Position numbers and translations under genes: made by a program
Shown here: positions 17,224-27,562 of the stretch, piece after piece
How positions within the stretch are numbered: position 1 is the stretch's first letter
Layout: each line of letters begins with the position of its first letter
The notes under the pieces: generated by a model
Databases searched by the model: none
Told to the model about the DNA's origin: nothing
What the model saw: only the letters and a program-made list of their open reading frames with translations
Assembly: GCA_044870765.1 (NCBI GenBank)
Contig: JBIOZG010000038.1
Coordinates: forward strand, 1 to 28,796
Reading direction: 5' to 3'
DNA length: 28,796 nucleotides
Source: Nitrososphaeraceae archaeon
GTDB lineage: Archaea; Thermoproteota; Nitrososphaeria; Nitrososphaerales; Nitrososphaeraceae

Positions 17224-17385
17224 GCTATTTTGTTATTTGGTGCTATTTATATTCGAAAAGGTTCCCGTTAAATAATGAATTTACCATTTGTAATGATCAT
17301 TGACCCAAAATTGAATTTTTTCAGATTATTTATTTTGAATTTTGATAAAATTATAAAAGAGTGAAAAGAACTGACGTTCGCATTA

Positions 17386-20300
17386 ATGAAACTGGGCCCA
17401 AAATATGATCCAAAAGAAATAGAATCTGAAATCAATTCGTATCTTGAACGAATTGATCAGCGATCATTAATTGAAAATGAATTGTTATCCCGCGAGAAAA
17501 TTGGATATGTTGAGGGACCCCCTACGCTTAATGGTGAACCGCACATTGGACATTTGCGAGGAAGGATCATAAAGGATCTTTGGTACAGATACAAGACCCT
17601 GCAAAAAAATAGAGTGGAATTTCGAGCAGGATGGGATACTCAAGGCTTACCAGTTGAATTACAGGCAGAGAAGAATCTAGGACTAACTGGAAGTAAAGCA
17701 GAGAATATCAAAAAAGTTGGCATTTCAAGAATTGTTGAAGAATGTAAGGATCTAATTAAAAAGAACGCCGAAAAATGGATTAAAGTTGATTCTCTCCTTG
17801 CCATGTCGTTTGATTATGAAAAAGCATACTGGACCTATAAAGACACGTATATCGAAAGGGAATGGCAGATCCTCAAAAAGGCATGGGAACTGGGCATTCT
17901 TAAAGAATGGTTTAGAGTAGTTGCATATTGCCCTTCATGCCAAACTTCTTTAAGCAACGCTGAAGTTAATCAGGGATACAAAATTGTCGAGGATCCCTCT
18001 TTTTATTACAAGATGAGATTAAAGGAAGAGAACACTTTTTTAGTCGTATGGACTACAATGCCCTTCACTTTAGTAACAGATGAGTTAATAGGTGTCAATC
18101 CAGACTCTGAATATGTCTACATATCTGTCGAAAAGGAAACATGGATTGTTGGATATGATAGGTTAAATGATTTGATGAATGCATTTGGGATTCAGAAATT
18201 CAGAGTCGAAAGGGTGGTAAAAGGCATCGAACTTGATGGCAAAAGATATGTTCACCCATTATTAGAATCAATTCCGGGGCTCAAGGAGCTAAGTGATGAC
18301 AACAAGATACATTTTGTAGTCGCGGAAAATTTCGTAGATGCTACTACCGGAAGCGGAGTAGTGCATCTGTCTCCAGCCAATGGTCAAGAAGATTTTGATA
18401 TAGCCGTCAAACGAAATGTTCCAATTTTTGTACCTATAAACGACAATGTTGAATTCACCGAAGCCGCTGGTATTTTTAGGGGCCAGTTTGTTCGGGATTC
18501 TGACCTTCTGGTAGTAGACAAAATGAAAGAAGCTGGAGGATACTTGAAGTTGAGCAAGATCAAACATCAGTATCCAACGTGCTGGAGGTCGAATCACAAG
18601 GTTGTTTGGCTTGCAAGGAGAGAATATTTTTACATAATAGATAAACTTGGAAATAAACCAATAACTGCTATTTCTAATGTTAATTTCTTTTTTGACTCAC
18701 CAAAAAATAGGTTCTCAGAAATAATAAAGGAACAAGTACCATGGTGCATATCCCGGGAAAGAGTATGGGGCACTCCTCTTCCAATATGGAGCTGCAATAG
18801 GTGCGGGAAGAAAGAACCTTTATTTTCTAGAGATGAAATTATCAAAAGGGCATCAAAGTTACCGGATGGAGAACGATTCGAATTGCATAGGCCCTGGATA
18901 GATAATATCGAAATTAATTGTTCCAAATGTAGTAACATAATGAATCGAGAACCATTTGTTCTTGATACTTGGCACAACAGTGGCGCGTCGCCCTATGCAT
19001 CATTTTCCGATGAAGAATACAAGGATCTAATACCAGCCGCATTTTTGACAGAAGGAATAGACCAAACAAGAGGGTGGGCATACACATTACTGATGGAGAA
19101 CGTAATAATGACAAATGAGGCTAGACCGCCTTTTCAATCGTTTCTATTTCAAGGTCATATCTTGGATGAAAAAGGAAATAAAATGAGTAAGAGTCTGGGT
19201 AATGTGTTGGATGCAAACGATCTCTTGATTAAAAATTCCGTGGATGCGATTAGATTTTATTTTATGTGGAAATCTTCTCCCATTGAATCGTTAAGTTTTA
19301 GCCTAAGTGAAATGGGTTCTAGGCCATATCAAGTGCTTAGTACCCTCTATTATCTGCATATCTACCTAATGCAAAATGGAACATATGACAAATTTGACTC
19401 TAGAATAATCGACATAGATTCAGTCATGAAGAGCAATAATTTTACAATGACTGAATCCTGGATTTTATCAAAATTGCAAACGATGATCAAAACAGTAACA
19501 ACACAATTAGATTCTTGCAGATTTAATGAAGCCGCAAAAAATATAGAAGAATTCATAATCAATGATCTCAGTCAAACTTATGTTCCGATGACTAGGGATG
19601 ATATATGGGACGACAGCCTAGAGACCATAGATCGAAGAAACGTAATTTATGCAGTACTTGGATTTACATTATCTCAAATTGACATAATTCTTCATGTATA
19701 TTGTCCATTCATTACAAATTATTTGTATTTGATCTGTTTCAAGAATAAAGATATGGTTTTGCTGGAAAATTGGCCGATCTTTAACGGTAAATTAGTAGAC
19801 GTTAATGCTGAACAGACAATAGACAAGGCAAAAAATATTATTTCTATAGTTAATGCCGCGAGGATGAAAGCGAAATTTAAGAGGAGATGGCCCGTTAACA
19901 ATGTTATCATATTAGCTCAGGATACGAATCTTCTAGAATCAAATGAATTATTAGAAATATTGAAGAAACAGCTCAATACCGTCTCACTTAACATTAAAAC
20001 CTTAGATTTTAGTAATTTTCTTGCAAAAATCAATAGACTATATCGAGAGAAACTGGTTTCCTTAAATGCAAAGCTCAAGATAAATAAAATTGCTCCTCGA
20101 TTAAAAAACGATCTAAATAAAGCCCTGCAGGCATTTGAGAAAATAAATTATAATGATTTATTTAACCAATTGATGTCAAAAGACAAATTCAATTTAAAGT
20201 ATGATTCTGGAGAGATTGACCTTTCAAAAGATGATGTAGAATTTACTTATACCGGAGAAACACCCTATGTCATGGTCGAATCAGATCAAGAGAATATTGC

Positions 20301-20598
20301 TGTGTTTATTGATACTACTAGAAGTAACGAATTGATAGCAGTTGGCCTTATGAAAGATATTGCAAGAAATATACAACAGCTGAGAAAGGAAAGGGGTTTT
20401 GTTCCTACAGAAATATTGTCGTATGCCCACATTTCAAAACTAGACGCAGATGATGTAGCATCACTTGAAAATCATAAAGAAGAACTGGCTTACTTCGTGA
20501 GAGTAAAAAGCGTCGTTATCACTCAAGACATATTGCAAGATATTGAATACAAAGAAATCGAAATAGAGGGTAAGAAAATACTAATTTCTGTGCAATAG
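17386..20598 (+). CDS. ileS: Isoleucine--tRNA ligase
   Basis: EGPP...PHIGH, GWDTQGLPVE, WTTMPFTL, WCISRER, EGIDQTRGW and KMSKS motifs. Confidence 0.97.
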   Translation: MKLGPKYDPKEIESEINSYLERIDQRSLIENELLSREKIGYVEGPPTLNGEPHIGHLRGRIIKDLWYRYKTLQKNRVEFRAGWDTQGLPVELQAEKNLGLTGSKAENIKKVGISRIVEECKDLIKKNAEKWIKVDSLLAMSFDYEKAYWTYKDTYIEREWQILKKAWELGILKEWFRVVAYCPSCQTSLSNAEVNQGYKIVEDPSFYYKMRLKEENTFLVVWTTMPFTLVTDELIGVNPDSEYVYISVEKETWIVGYDRLNDLMNAFGIQKFRVERVVKGIELDGKRYVHPLLESIPGLKELSDDNKIHFVVAENFVDATTGSGVVHLSPANGQEDFDIAVKRNVPIFVPINDNVEFTEAAGIFRGQFVRDSDLLVVDKMKEAGGYLKLSKIKHQYPTCWRSNHKVVWLARREYFYIIDKLGNKPITAISNVNFFFDSPKNRFSEIIKEQVPWCISRERVWGTPLPIWSCNRCGKKEPLFSRDEIIKRASKLPDGERFELHRPWIDNIEINCSKCSNIMNREPFVLDTWHNSGASPYASFSDEEYKDLIPAAFLTEGIDQTRGWAYTLLMENVIMTNEARPPFQSFLFQGHILDEKGNKMSKSLGNVLDANDLLIKNSVDAIRFYFMWKSSPIESLSFSLSEMGSRPYQVLSTLYYLHIYLMQNGTYDKFDSRIIDIDSVMKSNNFTMTESWILSKLQTMIKTVTTQLDSCRFNEAAKNIEEFIINDLSQTYVPMTRDDIWDDSLETIDRRNVIYAVLGFTLSQIDIILHVYCPFITNYLYLICFKNKDMVLLENWPIFNGKLVDVNAEQTIDKAKNIISIVNAARMKAKFKRRWPVNNVIILAQDTNLLESNELLEILKKQLNTVSLNIKTLDFSNFLAKINRLYREKLVSLNAKLKINKIAPRLKNDLNKALQAFEKINYNDLFNQLMSKDKFNLKYDSGEIDLSKDDVEFTYTGETPYVMVESDQENIAVFIDTTRSNELIAVGLMKDIARNIQQLRKERGFVPTEILSYAHISKLDADDVASLENHKEELAYFVRVKSVVITQDILQDIEYKEIEIEGKKILISVQ

Positions 20599-20740
20599 TT
20601 ATATTGTTACCAATAATTGGATTCTATGAATTAAGATCTGAATCTTCCAGACGTTATTTAATTATGCAAGAAAATTTGTAACTGCAATAATCATGTCTTT
20701 GTTAAAAGTCAAATAGTAGTTGGATTAGAACCCTTTGTCA

Positions 20741-20932
20741 TTAATTTAAATTTTGATTCGTGGCAAAATTGCCAAGGTTTTCGACATTATTAGCTGCGAT
20801 TGAATTTCGGATTAATTGATAGCTTCTATCATGACAATTACAGGAACAGAAATTTCTCAATATTTCATTCTCACTTAATAATCCTTTACAACCCCCCTGA
20901 TTATTGCAAATACATATTGGGGATTTAGGCAA
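20741..20932 (-). CDS. Small Cys-rich hypothetical protein (about 63 aa)
   Basis: PKSPICICNNQGGCKGLLSENEILRNFCSCNCHD, in an otherwise empty 418-bp gap. TTG 20932 lies about 26 nt after an AAAAATATA element; the ORF track extends it to 21007. Confidence 0.5.
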   Translation of the reverse strand: MPKSPICICNNQGGCKGLLSENEILRNFCSCNCHDRSYQLIRNSIAANNVENLGNFATNQNLN

Positions 20933-21016
20933 TAATTGTAATTTAGTGAAACTATTGTATATTTTTACTACAAAAAACATGGCAATAATTAAATTATACT
21001 TTTCCATTGTTTTTTT

Positions 21017-21358
21017 GTGGAAGTTTACTCAGAAAAAAGACCATGGGGATCCTTTGAAAAATTCAATGAGAATGAACAGTGTACGGTAAAATTGCTCCAC
21101 ATAACGCCTGGTTCCAGATTGAGCCTTCAATACCACCATAAACGAAAGGAGTTTTGGAAAATAGTTAAGGGATCTGCGACCGTACAAGTTCAGAACAAAC
21201 AATCGTCTCTTAAAGAAGGCGACGATATCATTATTCCATCTGGCGCAAAACATCGAATTCAAGCGACTAATTCTGGCTGTACCGTCTTGGAGATTTCTTA
21301 CGGTAGCTTTGATGAAAACGATATTGTAAGAATTGAAGACGACTATGAAAGAGCATAA
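21017..21358 (+). CDS. Stand-alone cupin, mannose-6-phosphate isomerase type II C-terminal-like
   Basis: RPWGSF, SLQYHHKRKEFW, IPSGAKHR and EISYGSFDENDIVRIEDDYER motifs. Confidence 0.9.
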   Translation: MEVYSEKRPWGSFEKFNENEQCTVKLLHITPGSRLSLQYHHKRKEFWKIVKGSATVQVQNKQSSLKEGDDIIIPSGAKHRIQATNSGCTVLEISYGSFDENDIVRIEDDYERA

Positions 21359-21488
21359 ATTCTCCATGTTACATTCGTAACTATTACTCAGTATCCCGAC
21401 AGGTAACCGATGGAAACAAATCGATTCAAAATAATTTGTGTTGTATTTAACGAAATACAAATAAAGCCCTAATATCGCTTCTAATCTA

Positions 21489-22805
21489 ATGAGCGCAAGT
21501 AAAAAACCCCACATGAATCTTGTGGTTGTGGGACACGTTGATAATGGTAAATCTACTATTGTTGGTCATTTATTAGTAGATATGGGTGTGATCGATCAAA
21601 GAACTATTGATTCTTTTGCCAAAGAGTCCGAAGAAACCGGAAAGGGTGACACTTTCAAGTACGCTTGGGTGCTAGATAGCATAAAGGACGAAAGAGAAAG
21701 AGGAATCACAATTGATCTGGCTTTCCAAAAATTTGAAACTTCTAAATATTTTTACACCTTGATTGACGCCCCTGGGCATAGAGACTTTATCAAAAACATG
21801 ATTACTGGAGCCTCAGAAGCAGATGCCGCAATTCTTGTGGTGTCAGTAAAACCCGGAGAAACTGAAGCTGCTACTGATCCAGGAGGTCAAGCCAGAGAGC
21901 ACGCATTTTTGTCCAGAACTCTTGGTGTAAGCCAAATTGTTGTTGCATTAAACAAAATGGATGATTCTGGCTATTCGGAAGCGCGTTATAACGAAGTCAA
22001 GGAAATTGTAGAAAAAATGTTGAAACTCGTAGGCTATAATGTTTCCAAGATAAGCTTCATACCAGTTTCTGGCTGGAAAGGAGATAACCTAATCAAGAAA
22101 TCGGAAAATATGGCGTGGTATAAGGGACCAACATTAGGTGAATCACTTGATCTCTTTGAGCCTCCAGAAAAACCGTTGGGAAAACCACTCAGGATACCTA
22201 TCCAGGATGTTTACTCAATTACCGGTGTAGGTACTGTACCTGTTGGTAGAGTGGAAACAGGAGTTCTAAAGGCCAATCAAAAGGTAATGGTAATGCCTTC
22301 TGGCGTTACTGGTGAAGTCAAATCCATAGAAACTCATCATACGCAAATGGAGTCTGCAGAAGCAGGTGATAACATTGGCTTTAACCTTAGAGGTGTCGAT
22401 AAGAAATCGATTAAACGTGGAGATGTAATTGGCCCTGTCGATAATCCACCAAATGCTGCGAAAGAATTCGAAGCGCAAATAATTATAATTCATCACCCTA
22501 CAGCAATGGCACCAGGATATACTCCAGTGCTTCATGCTCATACGGCGCAGGTTGCTGCTACCTTATCTGAATTTGTGGCAAAAATTGATCCAAAAACTGG
22601 AGGAGCTGTTGAAGAGAAACCAAAGTTTCTAAAAACTGGCGATGCTGCAATTGTTAGAATAAAACCTGTTAGACCACTTGCAATAGAGACGTTTAAAGAA
22701 TTCCCGGAAATTGGTAGATTTGCTCTAAGAGATATGGGAACAACAATAGCTGCTGGTGTCGTTAAATCTATTATAGAAAAATACGACCCAAGCGCCAAAA
22801 AGTGA
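21489..22805 (+). CDS. tuf: Translation elongation factor EF-1alpha
   Basis: GHVDNGKST, ERERGITID, DAPGHRDFIKNMITG, NKMD and GRFALRDMG motifs. Confidence 0.99.
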   Translation: MSASKKPHMNLVVVGHVDNGKSTIVGHLLVDMGVIDQRTIDSFAKESEETGKGDTFKYAWVLDSIKDERERGITIDLAFQKFETSKYFYTLIDAPGHRDFIKNMITGASEADAAILVVSVKPGETEAATDPGGQAREHAFLSRTLGVSQIVVALNKMDDSGYSEARYNEVKEIVEKMLKLVGYNVSKISFIPVSGWKGDNLIKKSENMAWYKGPTLGESLDLFEPPEKPLGKPLRIPIQDVYSITGVGTVPVGRVETGVLKANQKVMVMPSGVTGEVKSIETHHTQMESAEAGDNIGFNLRGVDKKSIKRGDVIGPVDNPPNAAKEFEAQIIIIHHPTAMAPGYTPVLHAHTAQVAATLSEFVAKIDPKTGGAVEEKPKFLKTGDAAIVRIKPVRPLAIETFKEFPEIGRFALRDMGTTIAAGVVKSIIEKYDPSAKK

Positions 22806-22814
22806 GTCTTATTA

Positions 22815-23123
22815 ATGACTCAGGAAGCCCGAATTAAATTAACTAGTACCAATCTTGTCATGTTAGAAAACGTATGCCATGAGATAAAGGGTATTGGAGA
22901 GAAAAACGGAATTAAATTTAGAGGCCCACATCCTCTTCCGACAAAGAAAATGAAAGTCGTTACGAGGAAATCTCCTTGCGGTCAAGGCACTAATACATGG
23001 GATAAATATGAGTTAAGAATTCATAGGCGCGTTATTGATCTGGGGGCTGACGATAGATCAATCAGACAACTAATGAGATTAAAAATTCCTGATGACGTAT
23101 ACATTGAAGTTTCTCTGACGTAA
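22815..23123 (+). CDS. rpsJ: 30S ribosomal protein S10 (uS10)
   Basis: ARIKLTS, GPHPLPTK, TRKSPCGQGTNTWDKYELRIHRR; directly follows tuf. Confidence 0.98.
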   Translation: MTQEARIKLTSTNLVMLENVCHEIKGIGEKNGIKFRGPHPLPTKKMKVVTRKSPCGQGTNTWDKYELRIHRRVIDLGADDRSIRQLMRLKIPDDVYIEVSLT

Positions 23124-23152
23124 TTGCTATAGTATTATTCTAGTCATCTAGA

Positions 23153-24076
23153 CTAATTCTTTTTTATTCTAACATATGCATTCGATGGAGTAATCAAATT
23201 GGAAAAGGGTTGTGGATTAAAAATTTTGGCAAGTATTTCGATACCTGTTATTATCCTGGGACTAGGCCTACTAAAATACGAAAGCGCGTCTAGTGCAAAG
23301 ACCATATCGGTTTGAACTGCTCTCAGAGAATTCCACTGGTGATTATGACATAGGGACTCGTATTCTCTTATTATCCTTTCAAGATCAAACCCACAAGGTA
23401 GAAGAATCAAAATGTCTGGATCGAATTCAACTATTTCCGAAAAGTCCATCTTGCGAGATCGCTCCCCAGTTATGCTAATTCCATTTATTCCTCCTGCAAT
23501 TTCGACCATTTGTGGGACCCAGTGGCCGCAGATGTAAAATGGATCAAACCATTCCAGACAAATTACCTTTGGTTTATTACTTTTAAAAGTAGTTGAGATG
23601 TTTTCGATTCTTTTTGTAAAGGAGGCACGGATTTGTCTTCCGTCCGTCTCCTTTCCTACAGTTTTAGCCACATCGATAATATTTTGTAGTATATCGTCAA
23701 CATTGTGAGGATCAAGAACTAGAGTTTGTGGCTTTTCATCTAAGTAACGTATCGCCTTATCTGTTTCTTTAGTGTGTGGTGAACATACTTCACACAATCC
23801 TTGGGATATGATAATGTCTGGCCGTAATTCCTTTAGTAGTTCAAAATCTATTATGAAGTAATCTTTTTGTAAGCTTGAAAGTTCCTGGATCTTTTCCTCG
23901 ATTTGCATACTTGTCATTGATTCCGAATCAAAAACTGGTTTTATTACCTGAGGCTTGTTTTTTGCCTCTGGTGGAAAATTGCATTGGTGAGTTACTCCAA
24001 ATAGCTGATCCTGAGATCCTAGCAAGTACAGTATTTCTGTTGCACTTGGAAGGAATGAAACAATTCTTGTAAACAT
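23153..24076 (-). CDS. BtuF/TroA-superfamily cobalamin/iron-chelate binding-like protein without signal peptide
   Basis: RIVSFLPSATEIL, GVTHQC, PDIIISQGLCEVC, CLEWFDP, GHWVPQMV and FSRPSPRI motifs; start taken at ATG 24076. Confidence 0.85.
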   Translation of the reverse strand: MFTRIVSFLPSATEILYLLGSQDQLFGVTHQCNFPPEAKNKPQVIKPVFDSESMTSMQIEEKIQELSSLQKDYFIIDFELLKELRPDIIISQGLCEVCSPHTKETDKAIRYLDEKPQTLVLDPHNVDDILQNIIDVAKTVGKETDGRQIRASFTKRIENISTTFKSNKPKVICLEWFDPFYICGHWVPQMVEIAGGINGISITGERSRKMDFSEIVEFDPDILILLPCGFDLERIIREYESLCHNHQWNSLRAVQTDMVFALDALSYFSRPSPRIITGIEILAKIFNPQPFSNLITPSNAYVRIKKN

Positions 24077-24215
24077 TAAAAATTGTAATTTTCTTGATTC
24101 TATTAAAGAGCTTGCTTGCGTCTGTCTTATCTGGCGTCCAAACAAATGACGACTTGCCGAGGTTCATCAATTGTGAATACTTTAATAAACTGAAATGGAG
24201 TTAAAGGTGTTAACA

Positions 24216-24524
24216 ATGAGCAAATTCGCATTGACAAATGGAATGGATCAAAATGAAATTGATCGGCGTACCAAAAGTCTTTTGGATTTATTTAAGCGTA
24301 ATTTTCTCCAAAGCAATAGCGATGACTTTGTATCGGACGCTTTGGCAAATATGATGGTATGTAATTCTGTATATGCAAAGATATTCGAAGGTTATCTAGC
24401 TATTGCTGAAAAGAGGAATATACCGCAGGAGATGACTGACGGTTTTGTTAAATGGGTGTCTGATCAGTTGGATGAACTTAAAATAAAACTGACTGAAAAA
24501 TATCAGAAAATTGATATGAGGTAA
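24216..24524 (+). CDS. Hypothetical helical protein
   Basis: Clean ORF with normal composition; TTTAATAA at 24181 and AGGTG at 24205 precede ATG 24216 (alternative start 24195). No family recognised. Confidence 0.7.
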   Translation: MSKFALTNGMDQNEIDRRTKSLLDLFKRNFLQSNSDDFVSDALANMMVCNSVYAKIFEGYLAIAEKRNIPQEMTDGFVKWVSDQLDELKIKLTEKYQKIDMR

Positions 24525-24703
24525 GATGGGCCTGATAGATTTTACAATTTGATTGTTTATACCCATTTTGCTTCTGGACCAAATTTTACGTGAAAGCGGT
24601 CATTTTTTGGTGGGAAAGTTCTCGATTTTATTCATCCAAAACCATTTGATACGGGAAATTACCAATAGAAACGTCTATATGATTACTTTGACGGATTTTT
24701 TGT

Positions 24704-25843
24704 ATGAAAATCGCTCCATTTATTGTAGTGGCTATGATCGTTTTCGTGTTTTCGGGTATAATACTCTATGCTGGGCATCTTGAAATTTTTGGGCAGTCAG
24801 ACGACACCAGAAATTCCACCTCGATTTCAATTAGCAAGATCTTTAAGGATGTACAGGGATCAGTTGTTCAGATTACTCGTGAAAATAAGCAAGCTCCTGA
24901 TTCTCCAGAAGACGAAAACGTTACTAGTCTGGGATCTGGATTTGTTTTCGATAAAGAGGGTAGAATAATAACTAATCATCACGTGGTACAAGACTCCAAA
25001 AGCGTAGACGTTACTTTCATTGATGGTAATCGGTATGTAGCATCTGTAATTGGAAGTGATCCGTTCAATGATGTTGCTGTTATAAAAATTACACAAAATA
25101 TATCTGAAAAACTTCGTCCACTAATACTCGGAAATTCATCAGGCGTGGAAGTAGGCGACCAGGTTATTGCAATTGGTAACCCTTATGGACTTGCTGGATC
25201 AATGTCCCTCGGTATTGTCAGTCAAAAAGGAAGATTGATTTCAACTGAAGGATCGGCATTTAGTATTCCTAGTGTAATTCAAACAGATGCATTGATAAAC
25301 CCAGGCAATTCGGGAGGACCCTTGCTTAATATTCAAGAAGAAGTAATTGGAATGAACACTGCAGGAGTATTGTCGGATTCCGGAGGATTTTCTGGAATTG
25401 GTTTGGCCGTTCCTTCCAACACAATTTCTAAAATAGTTCCTGTTCTCATTAGTAAGGGGAATTATACCCATCCGTGGCTTGGTGTCTCTGCCAGCACATT
25501 AACTTCTAAATTAACAGAGAATTTTGAGAATTTGAGTAGAGACTTTAAGGGAGTTTATGTCGATTCAATAACAAAGGATGGACCAGCTGATAAGGCAGGG
25601 CTTCGCGGAAGCACTACTGATCAATATGGTGATAAACATGGAACGGATATAATTACTGCAGTTGACAATCATAATGTTACTTATATGGAAGATCTAGTAT
25701 CATACTTAGATGAAAATAAAAAACCAGGAGAGAAATTAAATCTAACAGTTCTTAGAAATCAATCTTATTTGGATGTTGGTGTTCTATTAGGCGATCGTAG
25801 TAACAGTACTAAGACTAATGACACAAATGATCCATATGATTAA
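24704..25843 (+). CDS. htrA: HtrA/DegP-type serine protease with PDZ domain and N-terminal membrane anchor
   Basis: GSGF, TNHHV, NDVAV, IGNPYGL and QTDALINPGNSGGPL triad motifs; HPWLGV...GPADKAGL PDZ segment. Confidence 0.93.
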   Translation: MKIAPFIVVAMIVFVFSGIILYAGHLEIFGQSDDTRNSTSISISKIFKDVQGSVVQITRENKQAPDSPEDENVTSLGSGFVFDKEGRIITNHHVVQDSKSVDVTFIDGNRYVASVIGSDPFNDVAVIKITQNISEKLRPLILGNSSGVEVGDQVIAIGNPYGLAGSMSLGIVSQKGRLISTEGSAFSIPSVIQTDALINPGNSGGPLLNIQEEVIGMNTAGVLSDSGGFSGIGLAVPSNTISKIVPVLISKGNYTHPWLGVSASTLTSKLTENFENLSRDFKGVYVDSITKDGPADKAGLRGSTTDQYGDKHGTDIITAVDNHNVTYMEDLVSYLDENKKPGEKLNLTVLRNQSYLDVGVLLGDRSNSTKTNDTNDPYD

Positions 25844-25909
25844 GCTTTGCCGATGAACAAAATATGCCATTTCCAATATACATATCAAATATCATAGTCA
25901 TCTATAAAT

Positions 25910-26932
25910 TCAAGAATTCATAAAAAATTGTAATCCGATGCTTGCAATATACATTACTAAAAGTATGAATCCTGTCCTTATTCCAATCTCCTTTCTGAAC
26001 AGTAAACCCACGGCAATCAACGTAACTGCCGTAGCCAATATCATTTGTTGTGTTAATATTTCACTTCTGTCTATACTCGCACCAAGACCGCTGTGATAGA
26101 TAGCTCCGAATACGGCAAACGCAAGTAATAACGTGTTGTTTAATATCTTTGAACCAAGTACATTGGCAATCGCAATAGATGTTCCATGTGCCCCTTTTCT
26201 CGCAAGTAACATCAACGATATTTTCTCTGGCATTTCACCGGCAATCGGGCTTATTACTACTGAAAGGATTATTGGTGAAACACCTATATCGACGGAGACG
26301 TGTTTTAATGATTCGATGAAGGGTTCTGCACCTAAAAAGATACCAATCGTTCCTATCATAAAGATTATCCCAGATTTTATTAACTGTTTTTGATTACTGG
26401 GAAGATTGATGTTCTCCGAAGAATTACTATGTTCCTCGATAACTTTTTCCTTGTCTTTCTTCTTTTCAATTCTCATTTCATAAAATGCTATGAATACATA
26501 TACCAAGAATAAACCAGTAAACACTATTCCGTCCATGAAATGGTAACCATCGATGAACAGAATCGCACTTATTACTGCAGTTAGTAATAGGAAAATCTTG
26601 TCCAGTTTAAATGAGCTGACATCTATTTTCTTGATAGGTTTTTTAGAAAGACGCGTAGTTGCGATTAAGAGCATTATTGCTAGCCCAAGTGTCATCATCA
26701 GGATGTTGCTTCCCAAACCTGCTCCCAAAGCGATACCATACGAACCAGCCGAAGCTGCATATACAACTATGGCAATTTCAGGTAGAGTAGTTGCCACGCT
26801 TAGCAATGTTCTTCCTACGAACTTAGCACCAAATCTAACTGCCAGATGTTCGGCACCATATGAAAGTAACCAGCTTGCCAAGGTCAATTCTCCCAGCCAC
26901 ATCAGCATGAGTAGAATATTATTTGATTCCAA
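25910..26932 (-). CDS. Sodium:calcium antiporter (CaCA) family membrane protein
   Basis: About 10 hydrophobic segments in two halves; alpha-repeats ATTLPE...LGSN and AGEMPEK...NVLGSK. Confidence 0.85.
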   Translation of the reverse strand: MESNNILLMLMWLGELTLASWLLSYGAEHLAVRFGAKFVGRTLLSVATTLPEIAIVVYAASAGSYGIALGAGLGSNILMMTLGLAIMLLIATTRLSKKPIKKIDVSSFKLDKIFLLLTAVISAILFIDGYHFMDGIVFTGLFLVYVFIAFYEMRIEKKKDKEKVIEEHSNSSENINLPSNQKQLIKSGIIFMIGTIGIFLGAEPFIESLKHVSVDIGVSPIILSVVISPIAGEMPEKISLMLLARKGAHGTSIAIANVLGSKILNNTLLLAFAVFGAIYHSGLGASIDRSEILTQQMILATAVTLIAVGLLFRKEIGIRTGFILLVMYIASIGLQFFMNS

Positions 26933-27073
26933 ACAAGTTCTGACTACTAAGTCTACAGAATATAAATCATAATACGATATTATGCTGTCGTACTAAAAAA
27001 AAGTCGGACGGTTAATCCATTGTAAAAGTTAGTAATCTTGTTGCATTTGTTCTACCAACATTCGATAGACATT

Positions 27074-27460
27074 TCAAGTTATAGGTACATTTGTCATGTT
27101 TGATATTGGTATCTTGATTTTCAAGACACCATTTGCATAGTCTGCTTTAGTCTTTGCATTGTCATCTTCTGGTATCGAATAAGGGAGAGGTATCTTTTTT
27201 TCAATTCTACTTGGTCGTTGGCTAAAATGAATAGTGTGTGATTCAACGTCGATATCACGCTTTGCCCTTAGCGTAAGGATATCCTTAGAGACTTTTACAT
27301 GAATATCCTTTTTCTGAAAACCGGGAAGGTCTACAATGATAACAAGTTCTGTACCGTCCTCGTAGATATCCACTGGCGGTAAAACGAATTCATAAAATTC
27401 TTTCGAACGGTTGCCAATTTCCTTCATAATCTCTCTAGCGACGTATCGACTTACACCCAT
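27074..27460 (-). CDS. Small heat-shock protein (Hsp20/alpha-crystallin family)
   Basis: PPVDIYED, VDLPGFQKKDI and ADYANGVLKIKIP motifs; TTTATA about 23 nt upstream of the ATG. Confidence 0.93.
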   Translation of the reverse strand: MGVSRYVAREIMKEIGNRSKEFYEFVLPPVDIYEDGTELVIIVDLPGFQKKDIHVKVSKDILTLRAKRDIDVESHTIHFSQRPSRIEKKIPLPYSIPEDDNAKTKADYANGVLKIKIPISNMTNVPIT

Positions 27461-27562
27461 ATAATATCTGTGGTCATCTTTGTATAAATTCTTTATTTTA
27501 AATTCTGCTATGGCTGGAAAAAAAGGCTGAAAAACTTTAGAGCAAAGGAGCTCAAACTATTA

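Noticed and set aside
12398-20598. Proximity of tRNA-Ile and ileS as a regulatory unit
   Set aside because: They are about 5 kb apart with unrelated genes between, and no T-box-like leader is seen.
21029-21514. 161-aa minus-strand ORF
   Set aside because: Antisense to the cupin gene and the tuf start; no motif support.
24553-24968. ORFs 24553-24783 and 24768-24968
   Set aside because: Alternative frames overlapping htrA with no protein-like features.
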